Shown piece after piece: positions 19,001 to 26,248 of a DNA stretch of 64,000 bases. Each line of letters starts with the position of its first letter. Position 1 is the first letter of the stretch. Source of the stretch: an uncultured Acidimicrobiales bacterium (GTDB lineage Bacteria; Actinomycetota; Acidimicrobiia; Acidimicrobiales; CATQHL01); contig CATQHL010000001.1 of assembly GCA_958295925.1 (NCBI GenBank), positions 755,931 through 819,930 of the forward strand, written 5' to 3'. Below the pieces are notes generated by a model. The model worked only from the letters and a program-made list of their open reading frames with translations. It searched no databases and had not been told where the DNA came from. Position numbers and translations under genes: made by a program.

Positions 19001-20111
19001 CACGGCCCATCATTCCAGTTTCACCAATTTCCGCCCAGTCGTTCGTGAAATTGACGGGGATTCCCTCGCCCCCGTCGGGTGGTCGCAGCCGGATTTCGAG
19101 ATCTGCGGGATCGTCTATTTCCGTGAGGTCGATGTAAACCTTTATCCACTCGTAGTTACGCAGGAGGGTGAACGGAAACTCGCACTGGCCCGCCTGGCGG
19201 TTCTCGCAGGTGGGTTCGACATCGGGAAAGTCCTCGTCGACCACCGGCGGAATGGCGTCCTGGATTTTTCTTTCCAGATCTCTCGCGGACCCAACGTCTA
19301 TCACTTCTCCAATGCTCTCCCCACGCAGCCCCAGGCACCCTTCCGACTGTCCGACCAGGCGGCTCAGCGTCGGAGAGGGCGCCCTGTCCACACGCAGCTC
19401 GATGGCAGTGACATCCACGCCTAATTGCCGTAGTTCGTCAACAGGGCCTCCCGCCCTGCAAAGATCGTCTATCTCCTGACGCTCGGTGGCGCTGAGCGTG
19501 CGTGAGACGTTGTCGGTGTCGTGGTCGCCGTCGGTGAACCAGAACAGGAAGCCGCACACGCTGTCCGCAGCCGATGATTCCCTAAATCGCTCGACGACCC
19601 CCGTAAAGACCTCCCGGTAGTCGGTGTCGCTGCCTTCGGCGACTGCTGCTGCTGCCACTGCCTCGTCAAGCCGCTCGGTTGAGCGCGCCGAGGAAACCGA
19701 TACCCAGCCGCTTCCCCTGTGGTAGATCGTGTCGAAAGTGTCAACTGTCACCTCGAATTCCGTCTCGGGGTTGTCCGCAGCGATTCGGCGGATGATGTCG
19801 ATGGCACCCAGCGCTCCGGCTACACGCCTGTTGTCGGGATCGGTCTGACGCAGACTCCCTGAGGTGTCGAGCAGGATGACTACCCGTATACGGGTGTCGA
19901 ATTGATCGCAGGCCGACTCCGCAGCCGCTGCGGGCGAGGCAGGGGCAGGCGCAACCCCCATCGCCGCCAGGGACGCCCCAATCGACATGACTGCAGCGAC
20001 GCAGGCAACAAGCCTGAACAGTGGCGACAACCTCCGATTTTGATGCTTCCCCCCTGAGCGAACACTAGACAGCAACAATTGCCGCCACCCTCCACGCCGC
20101 CACAATCGCAA
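16035..20111 (-). CDS. 1358-aa secreted, single-pass anchored von Willebrand factor A (vWA) protein with Cys-pair repeat modules and a cytoplasmic tail
   Basis: Signal-like 'RRLSPLFRLVACVAAVMSIGASLAAMGVAPAPA'. vWA MIDAS 'VVILLDTSGSL' (DxSxS) plus 'FWFTDGDHD'. Four modules carry '[WY]xCx[VA]P..[ED][DG].[FV].CP.L'. A PT/G-rich 13-aa tandem repeat is present. TM helix 'VFLAAFLVLLAGLLVLVAGS' is followed by 'RTAAAWRRRRW', then a ~215-aa tail. The start is uncertain (20111, or TTG 20030). Confidence 0.8.
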   Translation of the reverse strand: MRLWRRGGWRQLLLSSVRSGGKHQNRRLSPLFRLVACVAAVMSIGASLAAMGVAPAPASPAAAAESACDQFDTRIRVVILLDTSGSLRQTDPDNRRVAGALGAIDIIRRIAADNPETEFEVTVDTFDTIYHRGSGWVSVSSARSTERLDEAVAAAAVAEGSDTDYREVFTGVVERFRESSAADSVCGFLFWFTDGDHDTDNVSRTLSATERQEIDDLCRAGGPVDELRQLGVDVTAIELRVDRAPSPTLSRLVGQSEGCLGLRGESIGEVIDVGSARDLERKIQDAIPPVVDEDFPDVEPTCENRQAGQCEFPFTLLRNYEWIKVYIDLTEIDDPADLEIRLRPPDGGEGIPVNFTNDWAEIGETGMMGRVLSPSRSVIWVHLLSEIWRETSWDAQTWVVEFFGPEGEKAAAATTTEELLRSRARVDNLEFDGDSLTGVVNDLESVATDEILVVSTRIAEALHDGADADFGSSAQVEADGGFVLGGIVDDIIKATAGSTFLAENQSPDGKRAVPVEVSLGKRIEYGPYDFWPIADSGDVTEDVVFCFEPDRAVAQMGASLSFQVTVFPCARSRVLSEPQVLARDDEGSSFPVDVVVGWRCEAPSGAAGADGFACPELELKVNTKYSQTWDFCFEFTDSPDPALPADLGDAQCPDPTQELPSESTRPAPGIPTTGVAPGAAPTEPGGLPSEGAAPTEPGGLPMEGAAPTEPGGLPMEGAAPTEPGGLPSEGAAPGEPGQLPPEDDGNWIEASVRGVLPEIATVNISDSLFDPSGKVLVTAKGGSFDGELRLEDASASGLEGEEVTVRNPRWVCNVPAGEDDVACPELSIDIISVEDVKANLSLDVQAETTDKTLEAGEQDSYTISADVVEVVGVLPRNVSAELSDEPFDPSGALRFAADGGAFEGVLSVEEIAASGAGDAELDVQMPPWECRVPANEEGFECPDLPISVLSPGGAVAELSVRASLESAEESLSSPVQSSFDRQFVATEVLGYLPSQMDAAVGDPFDPQGSVVFKVDSGVVDGRFTVGEVVVSPADGDEFTVEIEEYECEVPANEDGFECPVLELEVLPESDTTADLTVKGEWLIVDDDLEAPDAEVMEGTMADIELAVWDTNVFLAAFLVLLAGLLVLVAGSRTAAAWRRRRWAPISYPRSYSAEVVRDSGGIVTTPDGRGLMIDPVECGFAPELAMGHSSALVEGVQLKIGWLPLLLGKDVQIVAISTNGECVANKGSLVQKDRRVGLVGSTLRDGWVIETLGGRNRLVFWDVPSSKEEAQARLDDILNEVSSKLAAQRSAPREAEAQQQSETFERGDSSPFEERGQQPGGGDAQFDRWRSPFDEQNRQPPPGGAGDLPWEGSSDPFV
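17914..18069. repeat. 4 x 39-bp in-frame tandem repeat (degenerate copies extend to ~17892-18086) inside the vWA gene
   Basis: The unit ggcgccgcaccctcc(ga/at)cggcaaccccccaggctccgtg repeats head-to-tail. It encodes 'GAAPTEPGGLP[SM]E' x4 on the minus strand, plus a degenerate 'GAAPGEPGQLPPE'. Confidence 0.95.
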
Positions 20112-20604
20112 TTCCGACTCCTGCCATCCTCACGATCACTGCCGCCATCAAACGTCCCGGCAGTTCCATGGCGCTGCGTCGGCGCCTGTCAACCGTGTCC
20201 CCCCAAACGGCGATCATGAAAGCCAGGAGCGCCGCTATAAAAGCCAGGAACGAAAACAGCAGATTCTCGAGCCCGAGCACCAGAAGAACAACCGAGGCGG
20301 CGGCGAGCAGAAGACCCCCGAGGGCCAGATACCTGGCAAGCATCCTCCCGCCGGGATCCGCCGACATGGCTGCAGGATCCGCGGGGGAGCCTGCAAAAGG
20401 GAAAGAGGAGTCGGACGGCCCCGGCGCGTCGATCGGCCCGTAGTCGTCGGGGGCGAAGCCACCTGAGCCGAAATCCCCTGAGCCGAAACCGCCTGGGGCG
20501 TAGTCCCCCTGGCCGTAACCCCCTGGCCGGTAATTTCCGGACGATGGATAAATGTGGGGAAATGGTGTCGAGTTGATCTGATGAACATGTGGATTGAATC
20601 GCAC
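20065..20604 (-). CDS. small membrane protein with a Gly/Pro/Tyr-rich N-terminus and hydrophobic C-terminal half; first gene of the operon
   Basis: 'GNYRPGGYGQGDYAPGGFGSGDFGSGGFAPDDYGP' is followed by 3 predicted TM stretches ('LALGGLLLAAASVVLLVLGL', 'LFSFLAFIAALLAFMIAVW', 'VGIAIVAAWRVAAIVAV'). GTG start. The gene overlaps the annotated vWA start by 47 nt. Confidence 0.5.
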   Translation of the reverse strand: MRFNPHVHQINSTPFPHIYPSSGNYRPGGYGQGDYAPGGFGSGDFGSGGFAPDDYGPIDAPGPSDSSFPFAGSPADPAAMSADPGGRMLARYLALGGLLLAAASVVLLVLGLENLLFSFLAFIAALLAFMIAVWGDTVDRRRRSAMELPGRLMAAVIVRMAGVGIAIVAAWRVAAIVAV

Positions 20605-20754
20605 GACCTAAGCGTATTTCCCCCCTGTGACAACAATTCGTAAATAGGCGCGGGAATTGTGCGTATTATTCGCCTGCAGGCATTGGAATCTCACTGTTTT
20701 TCCAGTTCACACGTTCAAATTTGCAGTATTAATTCCTAGGAGAAAGGTGTCGAC

Positions 20755-21519
20755 TTGAAGCCAATCGAAGGAATGTCCCTGCTAATCACCGGGGGCGGAT
20801 CAGGCATTGGGAGGGGTGCCGCCGAGCATTTTGCTGCGGTCGGCGGCTTCGTGACCATTACCGGGCGACGCGCCGGGAAGGTGCGGGAAGTCGCAGACCA
20901 AATCGGCGAGCGCTGCCGAGCCGTGCCGGGCGACGTGACCGTTGCCGGAGACCGCCGGCGCATGATCTCCGCCGCCCTTGAGCACGGAGGCGGGCGGCTT
21001 GAAGTGCTGATCAACAACGCCGCCAACATGTACAGAGGCCCCATCGACTCCCTTGAGGAGGACAAGATTCTGGAGGTCTTCCACACCAACGTCGTGGGGG
21101 GGATGATGCTGTGCGGCCTGGCCAAGCGCCACTTGGCGGCCAGCGGCGGATGCGTGCTTTTTGTGGGATCGGCCCATACCAAGCGCTGCTTCCCGGGGGC
21201 CTCACCCTACGCCGCCACGAAGGGGGCGATCGAGACGCTCACCGGCGTGCTGGCCGCCGAACTCGGGGGAGAGGGAATTCGTGTGGGATGCGTGCGACCC
21301 GGTGCGGTCTTCACCGAAATCAACCAGCGCGCCGGAATTATGACCGACACCGAGGCTGAAAGGCGTCTCACAGACATGGCCCCCGCCCACGCCCTGGGGC
21401 GGATAGGGACGGCGCAGGAGGTGGCCGAGGCATTCGAATACCTTGCCCGCGCCGAATGGGCGACCGGCGAGGTGCTGGTTGTGGACGGCGGCCTTGGCCT
21501 GGGGACGATTGGTGCCTGA
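20755..21519 (+). CDS. SDR-family oxidoreductase
   Basis: 'LLITGGGSGIGRGAA' is the TGxxxGxG cofactor motif, followed by 'NNAA' and 'YAATKGA' (YxxxK). TTG start with AGGAGAAAGG upstream. Confidence 0.85.
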   Translation: MKPIEGMSLLITGGGSGIGRGAAEHFAAVGGFVTITGRRAGKVREVADQIGERCRAVPGDVTVAGDRRRMISAALEHGGGRLEVLINNAANMYRGPIDSLEEDKILEVFHTNVVGGMMLCGLAKRHLAASGGCVLFVGSAHTKRCFPGASPYAATKGAIETLTGVLAAELGGEGIRVGCVRPGAVFTEINQRAGIMTDTEAERRLTDMAPAHALGRIGTAQEVAEAFEYLARAEWATGEVLVVDGGLGLGTIGA

Positions 21520-21541
21520 GGCACGCCACCCCCGGGAAGTT

Positions 21542-21862
21542 GTGGAAAGTCACCTCTCCACAATCGCAACCCGCGACCCCGAGGCGATGGCTGCCGACTA
21601 CGCCTCAGACGCCACGCTGGAGCGCGACCGCCTCTACGCCGGGCGCGCCGCCATCGCTGAGTACTTCTCCAGCCTGCCGGATCGCCTGGGCCAAGGGGAG
21701 GTCGTCTTCGGGCGACGCACGTTGCGGCGCGACGGGCGGATCAGCGTTGAGTGGAAAATCGCCGGAGGTCGGGCGGACGGGCTCTCAGGGGTCGATACCT
21801 ACACGCTGGCCGACGGAAAGATTGCCCATCAAGTCGTCCACTTGGACGGCTCTGACTTCTGA
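21542..21862 (+). CDS. SnoaL/NTF2-like small protein
   Basis: ~106 aa, 'VESHLSTIATRDPEAMAADYASDATLERD..YAGRAAIAEYF..VDTYTLADGKIAHQVVHLD', the pattern typical of SnoaL-like folds. The ORF track start at 21443 overlaps the SDR gene, so I take GTG 21542 as the start. Confidence 0.55.
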   Translation: MESHLSTIATRDPEAMAADYASDATLERDRLYAGRAAIAEYFSSLPDRLGQGEVVFGRRTLRRDGRISVEWKIAGGRADGLSGVDTYTLADGKIAHQVVHLDGSDF

Positions 21863-22087
21863 CGTCGCTCGGGCCCAGCAGGCCGAGTCCGCCACGCTAC
21901 CACCTGAGCCTCCGCAGCCCTAGCGACAACCCCTCGCGTCAACACTGTCAGGGCTTATGTCGGCACGACAAGTACTGTGGCTGCCATCCCGTAGCATTTT
22001 CGCTTAACAATGGAACTTCGACGAGTCCGGCAAGATCGGCTTTGAGCCGCTCAAGGACAACCGATCAACATCTACCAGGAGCCCTTG

Positions 22088-22825
22088 ATGAGACTTCTTG
22101 AGACAGCACCCAGCACCGAGAGCCTCGCCGACATGACGCCTGGGGAGTTCGTGGGGCTGCTGCGCGACGAACTCTCCAAGCCGGGCACAGGCATGCAGGA
22201 TCATCCAATTGTGCTGGAGATGGAGGACGGCACGCTCACGACCGAACGGCAAATCCTGCTGTGCGAGCAGTTCTACCTGCACATTTCGCGCATGCTGCCG
22301 TGGATAGGCGCCATATACGTGAACTGCCCGCACGAAGACGTGCGCACGACGCTTGTAAAGAACCTGGCAGAGGAGTGCATGGGAATCGAGACAAACACCA
22401 AGGCGCACCCCGAACTGCTGCTGGAGTGGGGGGCGGCGCTTGGCGGAGACATCGGGAAGATGCGCCGGGCGAAGCAACTGCCAGCAGGACGACGCCTCAC
22501 CGAGTACTTCGAGTTCATGGGGCTTTGCCGGGAGTGGTTCGTGCCGCTGTCGGCAATCGGCATCGGGCTGGAGTCGTTCGTGCCCGATACTTTCACCCGG
22601 ATAGTTGCGGCGCAGAAGAAGAACTACGGCATGAGCGAGGAGGATCTCATTTTCTGGACTATGCACATCCTGGCCGACGCCGAGCACGGCGACGAGGGCA
22701 TCGAGTTGGTCTCGGAGTATGCCACCGAGCCCCATCAGCGCGACGCCGTTTACCACTGCACCATGGAGACTGGACGGCTCTTCTACGACATGTGGAACAT
22801 CTGCCGCCTGCCTGCAACGCACTGA
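22088..22825 (+). CDS. haem-oxygenase-like (PqqC/TenA-like) iron-containing redox enzyme family protein
   Basis: 'HPIVLEMEDGTLTTERQILLCEQFYLHI', 'LAEECMG..KAHPELLLEW' and 'HILADAEHGDE' give the helical E/H-rich pattern of this family. AGGAG RBS before ATG 22088. Confidence 0.55.
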   Translation: MRLLETAPSTESLADMTPGEFVGLLRDELSKPGTGMQDHPIVLEMEDGTLTTERQILLCEQFYLHISRMLPWIGAIYVNCPHEDVRTTLVKNLAEECMGIETNTKAHPELLLEWGAALGGDIGKMRRAKQLPAGRRLTEYFEFMGLCREWFVPLSAIGIGLESFVPDTFTRIVAAQKKNYGMSEEDLIFWTMHILADAEHGDEGIELVSEYATEPHQRDAVYHCTMETGRLFYDMWNICRLPATH

Positions 22826-22890
22826 ACGCCTCTTTACCCGGAAATCGGCGACAGCGGGATCTCGGCGTCCCGCCCTTCCGGGGCACGGCC

Positions 22891-24048
22891 GTGACTGAAC
22901 TTACCGACGAGCAGATCGCCCTTCGGGAGACTGCCGCCCGGCTCGCAGCCGACGTCTACGCCCCGAAGGCTGCGGAGTGGGACGCCAACCGCACGCCGCT
23001 TCCCGATGCCGAAAGGGAGCGCCTGGCCGAGTTGGGCTTCCTGGGGATGTGCCTGCCGTCGGAGCACGGAGGGGGCGACGCCGATCTGCTCGACGCCCTG
23101 ATCGTCATTGAGGAGCTGGCCAAAGCAGCCCCCACGGCCGCCTTCTGCGTGTTCGAGGCCAACACCGGGCCGGCGAGGGTGATCGACCTGTTCGGGACGG
23201 ATGAGCAGAAGGCCAAGTTCCTGCCGCCGATAGCCGAGGGCATGGCAACCATGGCCGTGAGCATCTCAGAGCCCGACGCTGGCTCTGCCGCAACCGACAT
23301 CACCACCAGCGCCCGGCGGGCGGGCGACGGCTGGGAGATCAGCGGGACAAAGCGCTGGTGCTCAGGGGCGGGACACGCCGAGCAGTACCTGGTGTATGCA
23401 CGCATCGGGGAGGGGCTCGGGGCGCGCTCGATAGGCGCGCTTGTCGTCGACCGTGATGCAGAGGGGTTGAGCTACGGGCCGCAGGAGAGGCTGATGGGCT
23501 TTCGGGGCATCCCGTCGGCCGACATGTTCTTCGACGGGGTGGTGGTGCCTGCGGAGAACCTGATCGTCGATGCGGGCGGCTTCGGGCGGCTGTTCACGGC
23601 GTTCTCCATTGAGCGCCTGGGCAACGCCACAATGAGCCTGGCCATAGCCCAGGGATGCCTCGACCTTTGCGCCGCATATGTTCAGGAGCGCAGGCAGTTC
23701 GGCAAGGAGATCATCGAGTTTCAGACCGTGCAGACCGCGCTGGCCGACATCATCCTGCAAGTGGAGGCTGCCCGCCTTCTCATCTACCGGGCCGCTTCGA
23801 AGGCGGGAAGGCGCTGGCCTGAGACGCTGGAGGCGTCGCTGGCCAAGTGCTACGCCAACGAGATGGCCAAGAGGGTGGCCGACACGGCCATGCAGCTCCA
23901 CGGCGGCTACGGCTACAGCGAGGAGTACGGCATAGAGCGCCGCCTGCGGGACTCCCACGGCTGGGCGATAGCCGGCGGCACCCCCACCATCCAGAAGGTG
24001 CGCATCGTCTCCGAGTACCTGGGACGCCGCTTCAATCAGCGCAGCTAG
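22891..24048 (+). CDS. acyl-CoA dehydrogenase
   Basis: 'LTDEQIALRETAARLA', 'AVSISEPDAGSAATDITTSARRAGDGWEISGTKRWCSGA' and 'IAGGTPTIQK'. GTG start at 22891. The upstream 210 codons of ORF 22261..24048 overlap the previous gene and are spurious. Confidence 0.85.
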   Translation: MTELTDEQIALRETAARLAADVYAPKAAEWDANRTPLPDAERERLAELGFLGMCLPSEHGGGDADLLDALIVIEELAKAAPTAAFCVFEANTGPARVIDLFGTDEQKAKFLPPIAEGMATMAVSISEPDAGSAATDITTSARRAGDGWEISGTKRWCSGAGHAEQYLVYARIGEGLGARSIGALVVDRDAEGLSYGPQERLMGFRGIPSADMFFDGVVVPAENLIVDAGGFGRLFTAFSIERLGNATMSLAIAQGCLDLCAAYVQERRQFGKEIIEFQTVQTALADIILQVEAARLLIYRAASKAGRRWPETLEASLAKCYANEMAKRVADTAMQLHGGYGYSEEYGIERRLRDSHGWAIAGGTPTIQKVRIVSEYLGRRFNQRS

Positions 24049-24092
24049 GGGGGTTTACGCTGCGCCAAGAAGCGCTAAAGCGTCCCGCCTGT

Positions 24093-24920
24093 TCATATTC
24101 CTAGCTCTTCTCTAGAAATGAGAGACTCCTGCATCTTTGGGAGATGTTGTACTTTGGCGCCTATCAATCGAGAAGTGTGAGCAAACGTGATTTCATCTCG
24201 TTCATAGGCATTAAAGACTGCAGAGGCATACCTTCTCCCAATGTCACGTAAACGGATTTTATGATAAGGAATTATTATACTAGTTTTGTCCTCTTCGCTT
24301 GCTGGAGATGACTTAGTGCCTGCTCTAGCTACGTTCAAAACATCCTGATCAATCATATTCTGCTGAAATAATCGAATTGCCATCGCAAAGTCAGAAACTT
24401 TGAATATCTTAGATAGATGTCTCACTAAATCAATTCCACACTCTGAATTAGCTTCGGATTTGACTGCATCGATGGGCATTAAGACTTCGGCGGCAAATTT
24501 GTTGCATAGTCTCTCTTCACTAACATCTTCCTCTAATCCGCATAGCCCGCCCCTGCCTCTGATAAGATGAAATACCTCATGGAATATAGTAAAAATTCTT
24601 CCTGCTGGCGCATCTTTTCCGTTTAATAGAACAATCGGTAACTCAGAGTGATACAGCGATACTCCTCTGGCCTCTTCGAGAGAAAACTTGCCGGATTGAA
24701 ACACCAATACTCCTTGACTTTCCAGTGCCTGCGTCCAAAGTCTAAGCATTTCATACACATCGCGTGCTTTGTACTGATCTTCAACAGATACCTCTAGACG
24801 ATCCCTTACACACTTCGCAGAATTGTTTGTAGAATGACCTGAAACATCGCTCAAACCCCAGGGCTTAGATCCACCCTCAAGTTCTATCAGAATGTTTCTT
24901 CGCTCTTCGCACTGTCGCAA
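24093..24920 (-). CDS. ImmA/IrrE-family (M78) metallopeptidase, no adjacent HTH partner
   Basis: 'IFTIFHEVFHLIRG' (HExxH) and 'FAAEVLMP' are the two hallmark motifs. The gene sits in a ~1-kb low-GC islet (sample line ~43% GC). Confidence 0.75.
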   Translation of the reverse strand: MRQCEERRNILIELEGGSKPWGLSDVSGHSTNNSAKCVRDRLEVSVEDQYKARDVYEMLRLWTQALESQGVLVFQSGKFSLEEARGVSLYHSELPIVLLNGKDAPAGRIFTIFHEVFHLIRGRGGLCGLEEDVSEERLCNKFAAEVLMPIDAVKSEANSECGIDLVRHLSKIFKVSDFAMAIRLFQQNMIDQDVLNVARAGTKSSPASEEDKTSIIIPYHKIRLRDIGRRYASAVFNAYERDEITFAHTSRLIGAKVQHLPKMQESLISREELGI

Positions 24921-25048
24921 CTCTCTACGTAACTCGTAGGAAGTACACGCTGTGAGGACATCAGGGTTGACCGAGGCGCGAACTCTGCAGCCGATTCTTT
25001 TGCATCTACCAGACCCTGATCAGAAAATAAGCCTGAACAAGGTCAGAT

Positions 25049-26248
25049 TCATCGATCTGGCCCCAGCACAACAGCGTTGTGATACTCGGCGCCCGATCCC
25101 GCCCCGGTGGCCATCACGACCTCGGCGCCTGGCACCTGTCCGACCCCGGCGCTGCCTCTAATCTGCCGCACCGCCTCCACGATCTTCATCGTCGGGCCGC
25201 TGAAACCCGTGTGCGAGTACGACAACAGGCCGCCGTCGGTGTTTGTGGGGTGCCGCCCGTCGAGGCCGATGCCAGCCTCTGCCAGGTAGTCCACCCCCTC
25301 GCCTTCGCCGCAGAGCCCCAGAGTCTCGAATTGCCTCACCACCTCGAAGGAGTTGATGTCGTAAAGCTCGAACACGTCGATGCCCGATGCGGTGAGACCC
25401 GCCATGCCCAGCGCGCGCCCCATGGCTGACGCCCCAACGCGATACACATCGTCGTAGCGGGGCGGGTTCACGTACTGCTGACGCCGCCACTCGCATGAAC
25501 CCCCCAGCACCACCACCGGCGCATGTCTGCAATCCCTGGCCCGCTCCAGCGTGGTCACCAGCATGGCGGCCGCCCCCTCGCTGGCCAGGCAGAGGTCGAG
25601 CAGGTGGAACGGCTCGGCCACCATGGGCGACGCCAGCACGTCTGCGGGCGTATACGGGCCGCGTCCGAACATGATTGCGTCGGGATTTACCGTGCCCGCA
25701 TTTCGGATGGTCGCCGGAATCTGCGCCAGGCGTCCGCGGTCGGGTGCGAAGCGGTGCATGTACACCTGTGCCACGAGCGCGAACTGCGCTGCCGTGAGCG
25801 ACCCCCAGCACGCAACGAACTCGTTGCCCGGACGCGTGTAGGCCGCCACCTTCGAGTCCCCCGAATTCGAGCCGACTGTCTCGCCCGCCCTGCCCCCAAA
25901 TACCAGGGCCGCCTCGCATTGCCCTGCCACGATGGCGGACGCCGCATCCAGCAGGCCGGGCGCCCCCTGGGGATAGGTGTCGCCCACCCAGGTGAAGCCG
26001 TGCCCGAATACGCCGCTCCAGTCCACCGATCCCGGATGGAACACCGTCCCGCCTGGGCCGGGCCAACGGGCGGACACCCCGTCCACCTCAGCGAGGGGGA
26101 AGCCTGCGTCGTCGAGGGCCGCCATGGCTGCCTCCAGGCAAACGGCCGCTGAGGTGCCGTCGATCTGCCTGGCCTGCCTTGTTACGCCGATGCCCGCTAT
26201 TGCCACGCCCTGGAGCGAGGCGCCCCGTTGCCTCACCGAAGGGATCAA
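25049..26248 (-). CDS. thiolase-like (SCP2/Ltp-type) protein lacking the catalytic cysteines
   Basis: Thiolase-fold pattern 'GIGVTRQAR', 'ASAIVAGQCEAALVFGG', 'NTDGGLLSYSHTGFSGP'. The nucleophile position reads 'QGAPG' instead of C[AS]SG, and the C-terminal CxG reads 'TGAGSG'. The TTG start overlaps the ligase stop (TTGA). Confidence 0.7.
   Translation of the reverse strand: MIPSVRQRGASLQGVAIAGIGVTRQARQIDGTSAAVCLEAAMAALDDAGFPLAEVDGVSARWPGPGGTVFHPGSVDWSGVFGHGFTWVGDTYPQGAPGLLDAASAIVAGQCEAALVFGGRAGETVGSNSGDSKVAAYTRPGNEFVACWGSLTAAQFALVAQVYMHRFAPDRGRLAQIPATIRNAGTVNPDAIMFGRGPYTPADVLASPMVAEPFHLLDLCLASEGAAAMLVTTLERARDCRHAPVVVLGGSCEWRRQQYVNPPRYDDVYRVGASAMGRALGMAGLTASGIDVFELYDINSFEVVRQFETLGLCGEGEGVDYLAEAGIGLDGRHPTNTDGGLLSYSHTGFSGPTMKIVEAVRQIRGSAGVGQVPGAEVVMATGAGSGAEYHNAVVLGPDR

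Noticed and set aside
22261-22890. A 210-codon N-terminal extension of the acyl-CoA dehydrogenase ORF
   Set aside because: It overlaps the haem-oxygenase-like gene in another frame and has Arg/Ala/Gly-rich junk composition. The dehydrogenase homology begins at GTG 22891.
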